NCBI GenBank assembly: GCA_036172245.1
Contig: JAYWIR010000001.1
Location: 7,750,001 to 7,814,000 of the forward strand
Reading direction: 5' to 3'
DNA: 64,000 nt
DNA from: Raillietiella orientalis
Lineage: Eukaryota
A model generated the notes under the pieces. That model saw only the letters and a list, made by a program, of their open reading frames with translations, did no database searches and was not told where the DNA came from. The position numbers were made by a program, and so were the translations under genes. This document shows positions 12,093 to 26,200 of the stretch, piece by piece. Every line of letters begins with the position of its first letter. Within the stretch, counting starts at the first letter, position 1.

Positions 12093-15000
12093 GAGCGAGT
12101 GCAGCATCCGCCCCTTCCGCTGAAGAGGATTCTCTGCTGCAGTGGTCCTTCCCCAGGTCCAGATCGCAGAGATCTGCCTATCACACGGTCGTTTTCGTAT
12201 TCCTCGGATCATTCAGGCTCTCCTGTCCTGCCGAAGCTCCCGAGGTCCTTCGACGTCTTCATTCCAGAAAGAGGAGCAGGCAAAGCGCTCCGTTTTCCTT
12301 TCTTGTCTTCGTTGTCTCGCAGGATCTGTGCTGGTGCTCGATCCCTATAGGACGTGAGGGGTTTTTTTTTTTTTTGAAAGGGTCCTTTCTGAGTGAACGC
12401 TGGGAACGAGCCTGACATGAGGGTGTGACGCTCACGACGGAAGAGCGTCGGGGCGGCGTAGGGGAGAGTCGGAGAGGCACACCATCCGGCCAGCCCGTTC
12501 CTTCTTCGATGGCACCTCTTCCGGCGTTCCTCCCCTTCCAACTGTTTCAGAGGCTTTCTCTCAACGCGGGTAGCTCTTTCCTCCACCCAGCCACTCCGGG
12601 CATCGGGAGCGGTTGCGGGCGATGGGAGCATGTGTTGAGTGGATCCTCAGGGACAAAGTGCTGCTCCACTCCCCCTTGCCTTCTCCGAAGGGAACGGAAG
12701 AAAAAGGAAGAGAAGGACAGGGGATTCCTTTCGAATTCATAAGAAAGAGATCCTTCCTGCCCGAGGACTTTCATCCAGCTTTCATTCCTCTTGTGTTTCG
12801 AACACAAGAGGAATGATAGTAGGAGGACCGGGAACGGCGGGATCCTCAGTGGATGGCTGGAGGGACGATAACATCTGGACGGAACTCCCCAGGAGGGGGA
12901 AGGGTGTATGCTCTCGCACCCCATCTCTCAGGAAGGGAAGAGGGATAGGAGGAAGATGGAGCCTTATCCCTTGCCATTTCGTGACTCTGGGAGGGTCCTG
13001 AGAGTATCCTTCCTGTAAGGCCTTCGAGAAGGGTCCGAAACTCCCAAGGAAGGAAAGGGTAAAGAGAGAGCGTTCAGCAGCAGCTTGGAATGCTGAAACA
13101 GGGTTGTCAAGGTGCCACCGGAGTCGATGCATCCCCCTGCAACGCGCCAGTGAATCCTCAGAAAGGGAGAGGGGAGCGTGCCAGAGATGCGCGCGCTCAC
13201 GAAGAGTTTTTCGTTCTTGGAGGAAAAACGGGATCTCGAGCAACTCTGACTCGCGTGGCATAGCCACAGAACGAGACAGCAGGTCGATCAGTAAAGGTCA
13301 CGCTGTTCCTCGCCTTCGCATCGGCGCCGAAAACCTACGCGGCGGTGAAGATGCTCCCTGTTATTCCGTCCCTATTTCCCTCCCCTCTCCCTGCTTCCTA
13401 AGCATCTAACCTTCCCACCATCCCATGTGCCATCCGGGATGAAGTGTATTCCGGAAGGAAACAGGAGGGTGGCTCCGCAGAAGAAAACTGGAGGAGGCGG
13501 CTTCGTCGTCGGGACCCGAACAAAGGAGGAGGAGTCGCGCACCCGCTGTCCAGAGTTGCTGAGTGGAGGGAAGGGATTTCCTTTCCTTTTCCTTTTCCAT
13601 CCGTCTGCTTCCACATAAAAATGAGGGAGGGGGGGAAAGGGAGACGCGGAACCGAAGGTGTTCTCAGGCACAGCCGGCATAGAAAAAAGGGGGAGGAAGA
13701 ACTCCGGCAAGAAGGAAAGTGGAAAGACCAGAAGCCACAGCGGCCCGATATCAACCTGCGAACCTGGGACTGATCACCCCTCTTTCCGTCTGAGACGCAC
13801 CTCATCCCAAGGAGAGGAAACGGAAAGGAAGAAAAAAGATTGGTGTTTCTTCCCTTTTATCCCAACACAGCTGACCTCGAGACTTACCTGACAACGAGGC
13901 GGTGTGTCCGCCCGAGGAAGAGGATAGGAACCTCGGAAGAGGCTAGACCCAAGAACAGGAGCATCGAGAAGGGGTGCTCTCTGGGACCTCAGTTAACTGA
14001 GAAGACGAGGGAAAGGTCCGGAAGGTTCTCCCGACGCCTTGGAGGTGGCGCACCTTGACCGCGATCCATCCTTTAGATCCGTAGCACTACGGGCAGAAGG
14101 GAAGCCCCTCCCTGGAAGCGATGCTCCCTTGATGCTCCATCCAGGAACGAGGAAGTGGAGGAACTTTCCCATCATTGACGGGGTTCCGGGTTAGGTGGGC
14201 ACGACGACCTCCATGGTACCCCCTTTCCTCCGCCTGGACGGCGAAAGGGAATCTCTGGAGACCTGTTAGCCGAGCACTCGGGCTGGTTCCAGCCTCAGGA
14301 AAGGAAGGAAGAAAGAAATTTAAGGTGAGGAATTCCCTGAGACAGATGAGGGGGATGCGAATCCGCAAGGATACTCCCTTCCCTACGATGATCGTGCCGG
14401 CATCACCTGTGTCCAAGAAGGAAGTGCATCCGGGGAACGGAAGGATGGCGCTGTTCTCCTTCCGTTCGGTCTTTGTGGAATCCACGGTTCGCTGCATCCA
14501 CGGTTTGAGATCCCAGAGCGAGCGAGCTCTATGCTTGTCACTCCGTGTGTTCTGAGAAATGGCCTCCGCCTCCCTTGCGAGTTCATAAAGGAGGAAACGG
14601 TCCGCACCCTCTCCTCAGGGAAACGGGGACGAACGGAACTCCGGGATGCCGCTTTCTCTCCCGGTCTTCCAATCTCCTGGGCAACGATGCTGCCGATGGC
14701 AGGGGCATCGTCGTGCCCTACACCCTGCACGCCTCGTTTTCAACGGAGGGGTGGGGGGGTGGGTGCGTCAGCGGGTTTCCTCATTCTTCCCGCGTGCCGA
14801 CCCCCATTTGCATCCCTCCATCCTGTTGCCCTCCCGCTGACTTTGGGTGGGCTTGCAGCAGCAACAGCCGCCAATTCCATTTACCTCTCCAGCGACTTGT
14901 ATCCACTCGAGAGGTTCCCCACGGCTCGCTCTGGTCCATTCCACGGGAGATCCAGCACACATCGCATCGTTCAATTCTGCTGAAGGAAGGGAAAAGGGGA

Positions 15001-18000
15001 TGAGTGACCTTGAAGCATACTGGTTTTTTAGCCACTTTACCAACTCTTCGTTCCTTCCCTCCGAGATATAGACCCAGTCCCAGAGTCAGCGGTCCCTCTC
15101 GTTCTTCATTGTCACGCGGAGAGCCTTTGGGATGCACTGGTAAGGGATTTGGCAACTCTTGTGTATCGGCTTAGACAGGCGACTTGCCTCCAGGGTCGTT
15201 CCTCACCTTCGCTTTTCCCCTTCTCTTCTCTCTCCAGAATCGGTGACACACCAGAGGCTGCTGAGACAGGTGCAAGAGGAGGGAAGCAGGGAGGCAGCCA
15301 GGGGAGCATACAAGAGGAGATTCCGAAAGGGTTTGCGAGAGCGTCTCACCTGGTGGGAACATCCAGTGTCTTGGCGTTGGAAGGAAGTGGAGAGGAAACC
15401 CTCCGGTTTCCTCTCAACGCAGGTTAGAGGAGGACGGCTGTGGACGAGGGAGCCCGGAAGCAAGGGATGCCAGTCACCCGCGAGAAGGAGCTGCTGGCAA
15501 GTCGTTATCGAAGTGTCTCGAGCGTTAGAGCAGGGCCTGATCAGCCTTTAAAAAGAACAATCGGGTTTCCTGGGTCTCCCAGGAGGGGCAGCGGCAGGGG
15601 GTCTCCCGGTGAGGTCGCGCCGTCACCTGCACCAAATCGTACGATCGCCGGCGGTAGCGGTAGCCACAACAGGTGGAGCTTTCCAGTGGCTGCTCTTGCA
15701 TGGGGATCGCACGATAGTGGTAGATGCTCTCTGAAGGATGAGACGCTTTACATCCGAAAGCTCTCGGAGAAAGGAAGATTCCAGGAGTGAAGAAGCAAAG
15801 CAAGACAAGGAGAAGGCGAAAGAGGTGAAGGAGATGATGGCAGGGGCAAAGACGGAGAAGAGAAGGGAGAGATCAAGGGAGATGGCATCCAGGGAAGAAT
15901 GTTTTGAAGGTTCTCCTTTTGTGCTGCGATCCCTTACGTTCCCCCTTTTTTCTGTGCGGTCCAACGAGTTCACGGAAAACGGACGAGGCGAGAGGCAACT
16001 TTCAGGTTTGATCAGTTTTCTGCAGGAAGGTCACCCTTGTGGGCTAAAGCAGACGTGGGGACGCCTCATGGGAAGCTGGTGGTTGCAGCCCCATAGTTCT
16101 CGCTTCCAACAAAGCTGCAGCCGCAAGTGGTCCTTGACGTGACCCCCCTGGGCTTCACGAACGCATCAACGGTCAGACAAGGTCCCCCTTCGACCGCATG
16201 ATGTACGCGTCTCCTGATCGTGCTTTCGGCAGTGGCTCGGTGGAGCCCACGATCCCTCTTTCCTTCCAGTGCCAGAGATCCTCCATCCTTTCCATGCATA
16301 CTACGAGACCGTGAGCGCTAGAGGCGGGTATTCGCTAGTCCGCGCGCGCGTTTGCCTGCGACATCACACGGCTTTTTACGCGTTCCCTTTCTCTCGCGGA
16401 ACGTACCAGTGAGAGTTCCTGGCACATCAACCGGGGTAACAAAAGCATCGCAGACGTAGCGAGAGAAGTGGCCTTCGGTTCTGTCGTCAGTAGCACCCAC
16501 TCCCTCCCTCCCTCCCTGTCTCCTCCATCCTCTTGTTCCCCGAAGCGTGACGTTCACTTTTTCCCTAATGCTCTTCGCGTTGTTCTAGAATCGACGGGAG
16601 TCGTTCCGTCCCCCCCCCTTCTCCTCCCTGGAGAGGCGTTTTACCCTAAAGCTTCCTGTGAGGGAGGAGCATTCTCCGGGACACCTCGTTTTTCGTGGTG
16701 TTCCATCATGTATCGCCCCCGCTATCCTTCTAGAAACGAGCCGTGAATCTTCCGCCCGACCTCGAGTACCACTGCGCCTACTCTTACTCCCTCAAGGAGG
16801 GCTTTCATCAATGCCTTGCAGCTCCGGATGATACCAGGAGCTCGTCTGCAGCACCACATGTGGAAAAGAGGGGCAATTGGCGAGCTGACCAACTGGATCT
16901 TCTCATTTCGGATAATTTTTTTATTGAAAAAAGCAAAAGTTAAGTTCGAGACTAACAAATGTCGACCCGTATCCACAGGGACAGCACGAAGAGGAGTGGA
17001 GGGAGGACCACTAAATAAATAGAGAATGGGAGAGACCGTCCACACGCTGCTGAGTATGGCTCCCTACGACCTTCGTCGGGCAAGAAAAGGATGGGAGGGT
17101 GAGGTGTTCATCTGTCCTCAATCGGGCAAATTTTCCCTTGCACTTCACATTCCAGATTGGGCAGCTTCGCTGCTCTCCTCATGTAGGCGATGGCGATCTG
17201 GAGTACTTGGCGATAAAACCTAGGAGACGTGGAGGTCCGGATTCAGCTGAGAGGTTCCCTCCTGGAGGAGTTTTGTTCTTCAGTGGCTTCGCGGAGGAGG
17301 TGGTGATGCGGGAGTCGAGGAAATAAACGTGTGTATCGTACGCAACCCTTGGCAACAGGGATAGCAGATAAGAACCGGCGGAGTGGGGAGGCCCTTTTCT
17401 CTTTTGTTTGCTACCCCTGTTTACACTGAAGTTCCAGGTACAGGGCTTATGGGGGAGGAAGGAAATCGGAAATTTTCCTTGGTCTCTTCCTCATGATAGC
17501 TTCTAAACTTCTTATCTTTCGTTGTTTAGGTGAGGCGTGGCACCCGATGTTCTGGAAAGTGACGGGTGCTACTACTCACCGTCTCCTCCTTCTTGAGGCC
17601 TTCGACTCGCAAGATTCGTAAGATTCTCAGTTCCTTTAACACTTTATGGTTGGCTGGGCTCCACGCGTCGAGTGATGACACGACGACGGTTCGAATCGAC
17701 GTGGTAGGTGCGAGGCATCCGGGGTGTGATAAGCCGGCTTGCTCTTTTGGGGCTCTCTGAAGAAGAACTGGTGGTCCCCCAGATAGGCCTGGGCAGCTCC
17801 ATGCTAACTTCCGCACTCCAGCGCATGACAATGCTGTTCTTATACTGCCCTCTAGACAACTAGCGAGGTTGCCAGTGTAGCTGCGGAAGTTTCCTCCTTA
17901 ACCGAGGGAAGCACATTAGTAGAATTCGGGTAGTCCCTCACCTCTTGCTGGGGTGTTGCCGGAATAAAGAAGGCTAGACGCAGTCCTCCTCTCTCACCGA

Positions 18001-20074
18001 ACTAACAGCCCTTTGGATCTAATGAGGCGTTCCACATCGTCTTGTCATGGCTGTGGTGGTCATGACCCTGCGTCCGCAGTATCATGATTGCATCCCTGGG
18101 ACGGCAAAAGAGCCAAGGAGGAGAGAGGGAATGATGCATGAGCCGAGCAAGTGGCCTCATCTGACGGAGAAGGACGACATACAGAGGGACTGAACTTCTG
18201 GGACCCGCTTCCACCTATTTTATTTATTTATTTGTTGTCTTCCCTTCTTGCAATCAGTTCTTTCTCTGGTGAGACTATGCGTACACCCCTCCGAGTGTTT
18301 TAAAAGGAAGTTTGCTTCCTCCCCTGTTGCGTGGTGGCAATTGCACAAGACTCCCCAGGATCCTGGGCACACCTTCCCATCGTTCGGCGGTCGCTGATGC
18401 TCGCACTCACGTGACGCGGCATCGCCAGCAAGGAGGCAGTCGCTAAGCCTGGAGAGGCGAGCATTTCCTTACGCAGGTCCGGAAAAGCAGCAACGGAGAA
18501 CGGGATCGTGGAGGCGGTGACGCTCTTCCACCCCTCACCCAGCCTCGTACACTGATGCAACACGTTAGGCAGGGTTGCCATGGTCCCGCAGTGGGTGCAC
18601 TCCCTGAGCACTTTGTCCTCTGAGGCGTGGCGACTTTCTCGTTCCGGGGAAGAGCCCGGTGCACCAGTGATAGCAGCCTGTTTCTGTTCGAGAGAGAGGA
18701 GGGAGAAGTCCACCAGGAAGACTAGGATCTTAAAGCTTTCCAGGAAAGTGCCTAGGAGCTCCACCCACCTTCGCGGGATGCTTGGGCGTGGCTTCGCCCG
18801 CCAGCCGAGAAAGTTCCCATTGAGCAATGGGCTCGGTCGCTCTTTCGAGCCGGCAGTCCTGCTCACACGCTGCAGAATCGTCCTCATGTTCCTCCTCTCA
18901 TCGATGCAGCAGGGGACGCATCGCGTCCTGAACTGTCTCCCACGCGGTCTAAGCGAGCACCGATCTCACGATCGGATGGAGATGCTTGCTTCTTCGAGCA
19001 TCGCATTTCCGAGAGATGCTGATGCTCCCTAGAACTCATCCCGGTACGCTCAGAGGCGACATGCGCTCCCGTGGCCGGAGATCTGACCACAATTTTTTTC
19101 GGTGCCTTTTCTTTTAACAGAGGAATCATCTCGTTTCCTCTCTAAGACCAGGAGGATGCAAATGTCAGTCGATCAGGTCAGAGGGAGGAAAAGAGAAGGA
19201 TATCCAGAGGAAGGTTTTCGGGAGGAGGAGGAGGAAGAGTGAGAAATAAAAAATCATCCTGTTTTTTTTTTTTTTTTAGTCTTCTCGGCGCTGCATTTTT
19301 TTGCTCTTTGCTTGAGATTCCAAACTCAAGTTCCCAGGACCATAAATTTGGACTATTGAAACTCCGATTCGTTTAATTTAAGATGTGACACGGATGATGA
19401 TGATATATGGACATGCTTCCAGCCAAAGCATCCAATTATCCCGTTTTTGAAGACAGTGGCGTGAATCTGTCACCGGCTGCTCCACTTAGCATTCTCTGGA
19501 GACGAAAGATCTTCTTCCTCGAAGGCAGTTCCAAGGTTTGCCATCGAATAGTGATCTCAACCTCCTCGTCTGTGAGCATTTCCAGGCGCCCGGGGCCTGA
19601 GTAACGGTCTTCATCTATCAGACAGCCTCGATGCGTGCTCGCATCTCTCTTTTTGCTCTTCCTCTTGGAGGAAAGGGGTTACAGAGCCTTTCCGAACGCA
19701 GCCATTGAAACACCAGAAGAGATGCTGGGACGGCAGAGACCAAGGACGTATTTTTCTCTTGCGAGCTTGTAAAGCGGAAGCGATGCTTGACCCGAAGATC
19801 ACATCACACCTCGAGCGGTGGTGCAAACTGGCAGAACGTCTGGCCTAGTGCGTCCCCCCCCCCCCCCTTGAGTTTTCTGCAGAGAGAAAGTGGACTCTGT
19901 GCTCCCACATACGTGATGCACTTGACGATACACCCCCGGTCGTGAGCACTTACGGAAGAGATGAAAGAGGTGCATGGTATTGGGCACTACTGCTCGAATG
20001 TTCTTTCACTCCCATCTTAACCAAGAGGTCGAGAAGAGACATTTGAATACAAGCAGCTGAGACGAGAGGACGGC

Positions 20075-20260
20075 CACACACGTGCACGTGTGCAACGCAC
20101 ATATAAAATATGCGCACGCGTACGTGGGCTGCCCAAATGATGCCTACACATCCAATGTTTGCACTTTCATGAGGATCGTACGATGATGCACACACGTCCA
20201 GTGTGTACACAGGGATGGCATGCACGCACACAGAGCAGTGATGGCGCAAGTGCACGCAAA
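20075..20260. repeat. Degenerate (CA/TG)-type low-complexity tract
   Basis: cacacgtgcacgtgtgcaacgcacatata...tgcacacacgtccagtgtgtacaca...tgcacgcacaca. Confidence 0.6.
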
Positions 20261-23200
20261 TGGTGAAGAAAACTCGGAGGCACTTTTGGCTGGGTCCCTT
20301 CCGTGGGCCGAAATCCGCGAAGCGCCCTAATGGCACGGAAAACGCAGCCCTGGGACCCGCACGGTCCACAGTTCTTTGCACGGCTACCTTCCTCCCCTCC
20401 TCAGGTCGCAGCTAAGCCGGCGAGGGTGCCTCGTGGGCTCGCTCGGGCCTTTCCAGTGAGACCGAGCTCATTATGGACTCGCCCAGCAGCTCGGCCGCAG
20501 TCCTGCAAGAGACAAGATGCATGGCCTGCGAGCAGTTGCACGACGAGTGCCTCGTCTTCAGACGGAACTCGCGTGGGAGAGCGGAGGAGGCGGCGGAGCA
20601 CGGACAAACGGATTGCGGAATACCCAGCCTCCCCTCCCCCCCTTGACTTGAGATTCTGGCGACCAGCCCACGGTGTTTGCACAGTCCAGGAGGTTGTTCG
20701 GAAAACTCCCGAAGCGGTGAGAAGGGCTGATTCCACGGCATCTCAAGGTAGAGATCGCGAAAGCAAACGGAGGGTCCCTTCTAAGGTGGGGACTCCCTCC
20801 CTCCTGTCGGCTTGCCTTTGTGGAGGTTGGTGCCCGGAGCGCGGGATTCGCTGCAGGCAGGTGGCGACTCGGGAGGCGGCCGTGCTACGCTGCTGAAGAC
20901 GGGAGTTGTTATGTGGCAACTCGTGCTGGCGATGCGGCTCGCTGTTCCAACCGTTGCCTACCACGGTGCTTTCGATCTACACGGCGGACTCCCCAAAACG
21001 GCGACAATGACATGACCCCGATGCCTCTCACGGTCTTCTGATCAGTCCTGCTTTCAAGCAGCGCGACCTCGGAGACAGTTCGTTCCTAGTAGAGGAAGGG
21101 GAACGTCCTGGAAGATCTGGGCTCCACTTCTCCCGTTTCGACAGGTGCTTTCGGAAGAGGTCCCCCATGAATCCCCCTGCGGAATCCCGGTGACCCTAGG
21201 AGGAAATGAGACGCAAGATTGATAGAAGAATACAATGGGTGTAGGCAGATTTCCCGAAAGGTGGCTCTCGCTCACAGAGCACCCTTCTGGGTTAAAAGAA
21301 GGACGCAGCACCTATTCGGCGTCCTCCTTCTTCCTCCCTTGAACAGAGTCATCATCTGCAACCAAACCTCATCAGACATCAATCGGAATCTGATAGAAGA
21401 AGCATCCTCCTTTGTGTCTAAAGGCTGGTTGTCCCAGCATCCCTTAACTGACCAAGAGGATTTAAAGAACGTTGGTTCGCTAAGTGCGCCTCAAGAGCCG
21501 GTCGCGTGCCTCGCGGCGAACGTGGCCCTTTTAAACACACTGTTTTGTCTATACGACAGTCCACCTGCGGCAGCCCGCAAGGGAGGGCGTGTAAATTCTT
21601 CAGGATAGGGGCACCCCGGGATGGAGGGGTTCGCCCTTTGAATCCAGGAAGGGCTCGGAGTCCGTTCCTCTCACGCTTCGGGGAGGATTCCCACCCATCG
21701 GGGGGGATCGCACCTCCCACCCTGGTTATCTCCGAAGGGGAACCCCGAAGGGAACCTCCTTCCTCATTCTCTCCGGAGGGAAACCCCCTAATGGGGGAGG
21801 GTCCTCTCCATTTCAACTTCTCTGTAGACCAAACTTACCTCATGAAGATCGCGCCGCCTCCGAGTGAGAAGCTCTCGGCATCATTTCCATGCTCTCGCAG
21901 GGAACGGAGGGTCCAGAGACTGCGATTCGGACAGCAGGACAGTACGCCCGTTTTTTTCAGGCCATGGGAGAAGCCAAAAATCTCGCGTTGTTGCATCTGC
22001 GAGTGAGAGCTCTTCGACCTCACCCTTGTCCTCATGTCTTCTGTAGTAGGAACAGTGCCTCCTACCCCGGTGCATCGTCTTCGCCGTCGGAAAGGTGGAA
22101 ATCGGACAGCGGTGCAGTCAAGGAGCCTCAGCAAGTCCTCTTCTCATGTTTGCAGTACAAAGGGTCCTGGGAGGAACCTAGGAGAACCTCAGAACGGGCA
22201 GTTAGGTCCGTGAGCCCTCACATGCAAGCTTGCCAATTCCAGCTCTTGATCATTGTTCCATATTCAATTTGATTCCCGCGTTCCCCAGGCTATCATGTGG
22301 TCACGCCGGGACGTTTATCTGCATATGAAATGCGTATAGTACATAAACAAACGAAGCAGGAGGGAAAACTCACTTCATACGGACCGGAAGGGCTCCTGCC
22401 TACGGCACCGTTACGGAAGGGTTGGAGGGCTGGAGGGGTGCAGAGAAGAGGGCAATACGTAAACAACCAAGCGAAGCGAATGCTGATGAACGGTGGGTGG
22501 ATGGCCACCAGATTCCATGCGACTCCCTGGCGAGAGCTATGCGAAAAGTGTTCCCCTTGACTTCCCGGGTCGGGTGAGGGTCGTTTCCGATTCATCGTAG
22601 CGAGGAGACGGCCAGGACAACGGTTTCGAGCTTCTGTTTCTGTTTCAGGGACTCACGGAGGTGCTCAGCGATCGTGGTTCAGGGTGGCAGCAGTTGAGGC
22701 TGTAGGCTGCTTGTCCAGGAGCTTGCAGACTCCTCAGCTCGTATCGGGAGGTGCGAGGGCTCCGGCTAGACTCGAGGCGAGATGCCCTGCAGCCCCTTAG
22801 GTCAGGTTCGGGAACGACAGAACGGCACTCCATGTACATCACCTCAATGTAACCGGAGCTCAGTTGGCCGGGCATGTCCTCACCCTTCCCCCTTTTCGTG
22901 TGACATCAGAGCTCGTTGCCTATAATGGGTCAGTGCAGAAACATCGCTTATCATCGCGTGCTACGACCTGGATGGAAGGCACCTGGATTAGAGAGGGAGA
23001 GGAGTCTAGGAGTTTCCTTCCCTTCGCGCTGATGACTTGAATTCTCCACGTTCGGTTCAGCTTGCTTGACGGAACAAGCTCGACCGACATGCCAAGGAGT
23101 TTCCTCGATTCTTGCATTTCCCAGGAGAGAATGGACTGCTCGCCTAGCTGGCTCCCGGGATCACCGGCTCCAATCTTTGGTGGCGAGGCGGTGAGGGTTC

Positions 23201-26200
23201 GTCTTCATCGTTCCTCCATTCTTCTTCTTCTGCTGCCCATCTTGTCTACGCAAGACCAGAAGATTCAGCTGCTGTCCTCGCTCCTCCCTTCCGAATTTGT
23301 GTTCGTTTCTCTCCCGGATTCCCTTAGAGGCGGGGAACTCAATTATAGGGAAGGTAGTGGATCACTCCAACCCTTATCTTTCTCAGTCGTTTCTCTGAAT
23401 CCAGGGAATGCGCGAGGAGCGACCGCATGGGGATCGGATTCTCAGCAGGTCTGCTTGTTTGTGATCATCTGTCCTTGGCATCAGGGGAAGATTCCTCAAC
23501 GCCTTCCTTGGGTCTCCAGGGACACATGAGTGGGGACCACTGGAGTCCACCGGTCTCCCTTTCCTTTGCGCGCAGGTATAGTTCGAGCTCGGTGTCCATC
23601 GACCGCCCGAGAGCTTTCCCGGTGTCGGGAAAGGCGCTGGCCGATGGCCTCCCTATCCCTTCTCTTTTCTACCTTCAAAGAATAGCAGTGTCTCCGCGGT
23701 CTCCAATGCACCCTTTTCGACCCTCCTACCTCTCCGGGTTCTTTTTTCACACTTCCTCCCACGGCACTCCTTTCTGGGGAAAAAATTGTGAAATTCCTGG
23801 AGGGCTGGAGAAGCGAGGAGCCGGAGCAACGCCACGCGTAGGGGGTAAGGAGATCAGGTGAGGAGAGGAGGATGGGAGCAGGGATTCCTTCTCCTTCCGG
23901 GAGGAAAAGCCCGTAAAATGGATCAACTTCGTTTCGGTGGCATTCTGTCGAATTGGGCGTCAGAAGGGAAGAGCAGAGGTGACCCCTTAGGTTCAGGGGA
24001 CGGAGATCAAAGGAGATGGCGGCAGCACGTCTCCATGAAACACCCCTGAATCCTGTGGTTTCTCAGGGCGCCCCTTGCACGACAAGCGAAAAATCCATGA
24101 TCGAGACGACTATGGAATTTCCGCCCACGGAGACGTCCTATTCGGCAAAATACCACCAAAACGAAGGGAAGCTTCTTCACTTCGGATGAGACCTACCCTC
24201 CCAGCCGCTTGATGTGCCACTTGCTCTCCCAGAGTCCCTGCGTTGCAGGAGAGAAGCTGGGGGACCCCTGAGTGGATCCGCAGTCCGGAAGGAGGAGTAG
24301 GTTGGCGGCACCCAAGCACCGGTGTTCGGCTTGAAGCGGTATCCGAGCTGGGCCCAGCAGGAAAAAGGGAAGACAAGGGAGAGCAACGAGAGGCCCCAAG
24401 CCTCACGGCCAGTTTACAGGAGGTAAAGGAAGAGGAGGCACCTAGCGCATTGAGGAATCTGGACCGGTGGCTCTCTTCTGAGGGAAAGCTCCAGGATTTC
24501 TTGAGCTTCCCCCTCCTTCGCGAGACTCTTCCCAACGGCTGGGATTTTTTCGAAGAAGACTTGCAGCGGGACAGGGGTTAAAGGTCACTCTACAGGGATG
24601 TGCCAAAGTCCCTCGGCTTCTCGAACGCTCCGCGGAAGACTGATGACCTTGCTTAATGAAGAGGAAGTAGATCAGCAAGGCTTCTTCCTGGGCTTGCTAC
24701 AGAGAGAGGGGGAGACGACCGTTCCCTTCTTTTCCCAGTTCCAGAGGGTCTGCGACCTCAAAGGGAAGACCTTTCTCGGGGATCAGTGCGGCAGAGAGGA
24801 GAAAGGGTTCTGGAAATTCGGTCTTTGATGAGAAAGGGAAGCCTCGACCGGAACGAAGAAGGGAAGGGGAGGGGGAGTGCAATGCCATCTCTTCTCCAGA
24901 CACCTTTCCCACAGGACACAAAAGGGAGAGAGCCGACAGCGGCGCGGTGCTCACATGTCCCTCACCCCTGCACCCTGGAAGAGATCTGGGATACTCGGGG
25001 AGTTTCAAGGAGGTTCTGATGCAGATCTCTGGACTCCCATCCCACTTTCGAGGGAACCTGAAGGTCAAGGAAGACGCAACCTGCTGGACGGAGCTCGAGG
25101 CAGCATCCCTACCATCTCTTTTTTCCGTTGTTCCCTGGAAATATCACGTGGGCGTCCCGGATCTTCTCCTGGAAAGAGAAGATCCTGCGGGGAAGCAAAA
25201 AGAAGACCTCTTGAGGGATGTTCGCCTCTGCCGCCATCTCAAGAAAATGAAGGGACCTTGTGGAAAGGTCGGAGTCTCCGGGAGGAGGCTCGTGAGGAAC
25301 ACGAGAGGTAGTGGGAGGAAAGGCCTCTGCGCCTCCCTAGAAGCGATCCCTCTTAGGAAGGGCTGGTACCCTTCCTGACAACCTCAGTAAGATGCTGTAG
25401 GAAGCATCTCCCCGGCGCGCCAGAGAGATGTAGCGGCCATCCGCGGAAGGAAGGGGAAGGGGTAGGTACAGGGAAGGAAGGGATGGAAGCGCAAGATACG
25501 TCAGCTCCTATCGATACGGGAAGAGCGAGTCTCTGGTGCCAGCAGTAGCCTCTGTGGGAAATGGGCAGCTCCTCAGTGCCCCATCCGCCCTCCCCATTGA
25601 CTGCCGAATGGAACGACCGATGGTGGGAGAAGTTCTGGAACACGTCTTCTTCCTTTTCCTCCCCTCAGTTTCCGCCTATCGCTCCCTACTTCCTCCCCAT
25701 GATCGTCCTGAGCGCTGGACAGGATTTCGGGTCCTGCGTACCCTGTGCTCTCCTAGGAGAGGCGCCGGAAAGCTCCTATCTCCTCTCTGCGCGTGTGGGG
25801 AGAGCCTTGATGCCTCCCCGGGAGAGAGCGAACTCTCCTTCCGGGATGCGTTCCCAAGTTCCTTCCCTCTTCTTCCTGAGATCTAGATCCCGTCGCTCCT
25901 TCTCGTTCCTTCCGAACTCCACCTCTTGCTAGGCTTCCAGTAGAGGAGGGCAGGGTGGGGCGCGGCCTTTCAGTCGAGGGAAACTTTCCAGTCCCTTGGA
26001 ACTTTTTCCGCCACCCTCTCTTGCGTGGTCTGAATTCTCCCCTCTGGGGGAATTCCTCCCTCTCAGCTGGGGATGGAAAGGCTCTACGGCGGAACCGATT
26101 GAGAGGAGGGAGAGGGGGTGGGGTTCGGCGGAGGACCCTATCCCGTCTGGACGGAAGATGAACGAATCGCTCTGCGTTTTTCACCCTGGGCTGAACTCCA

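Noticed and set aside
17580..17655. Minus-strand peptide VLKELRILRILRV resembling a voltage-sensor S4 helix, followed by a GTGAGT donor
   Set aside because: No good acceptor, and no flanking transmembrane or pore exons found. A short motif like this is likely chance.
24243..25378. Series of protein-like short + strand ORFs suggesting a decayed pseudogene or retroelement
   Set aside because: No recognisable RT, integrase or cellular domain motif; cannot be supported without a homology search.
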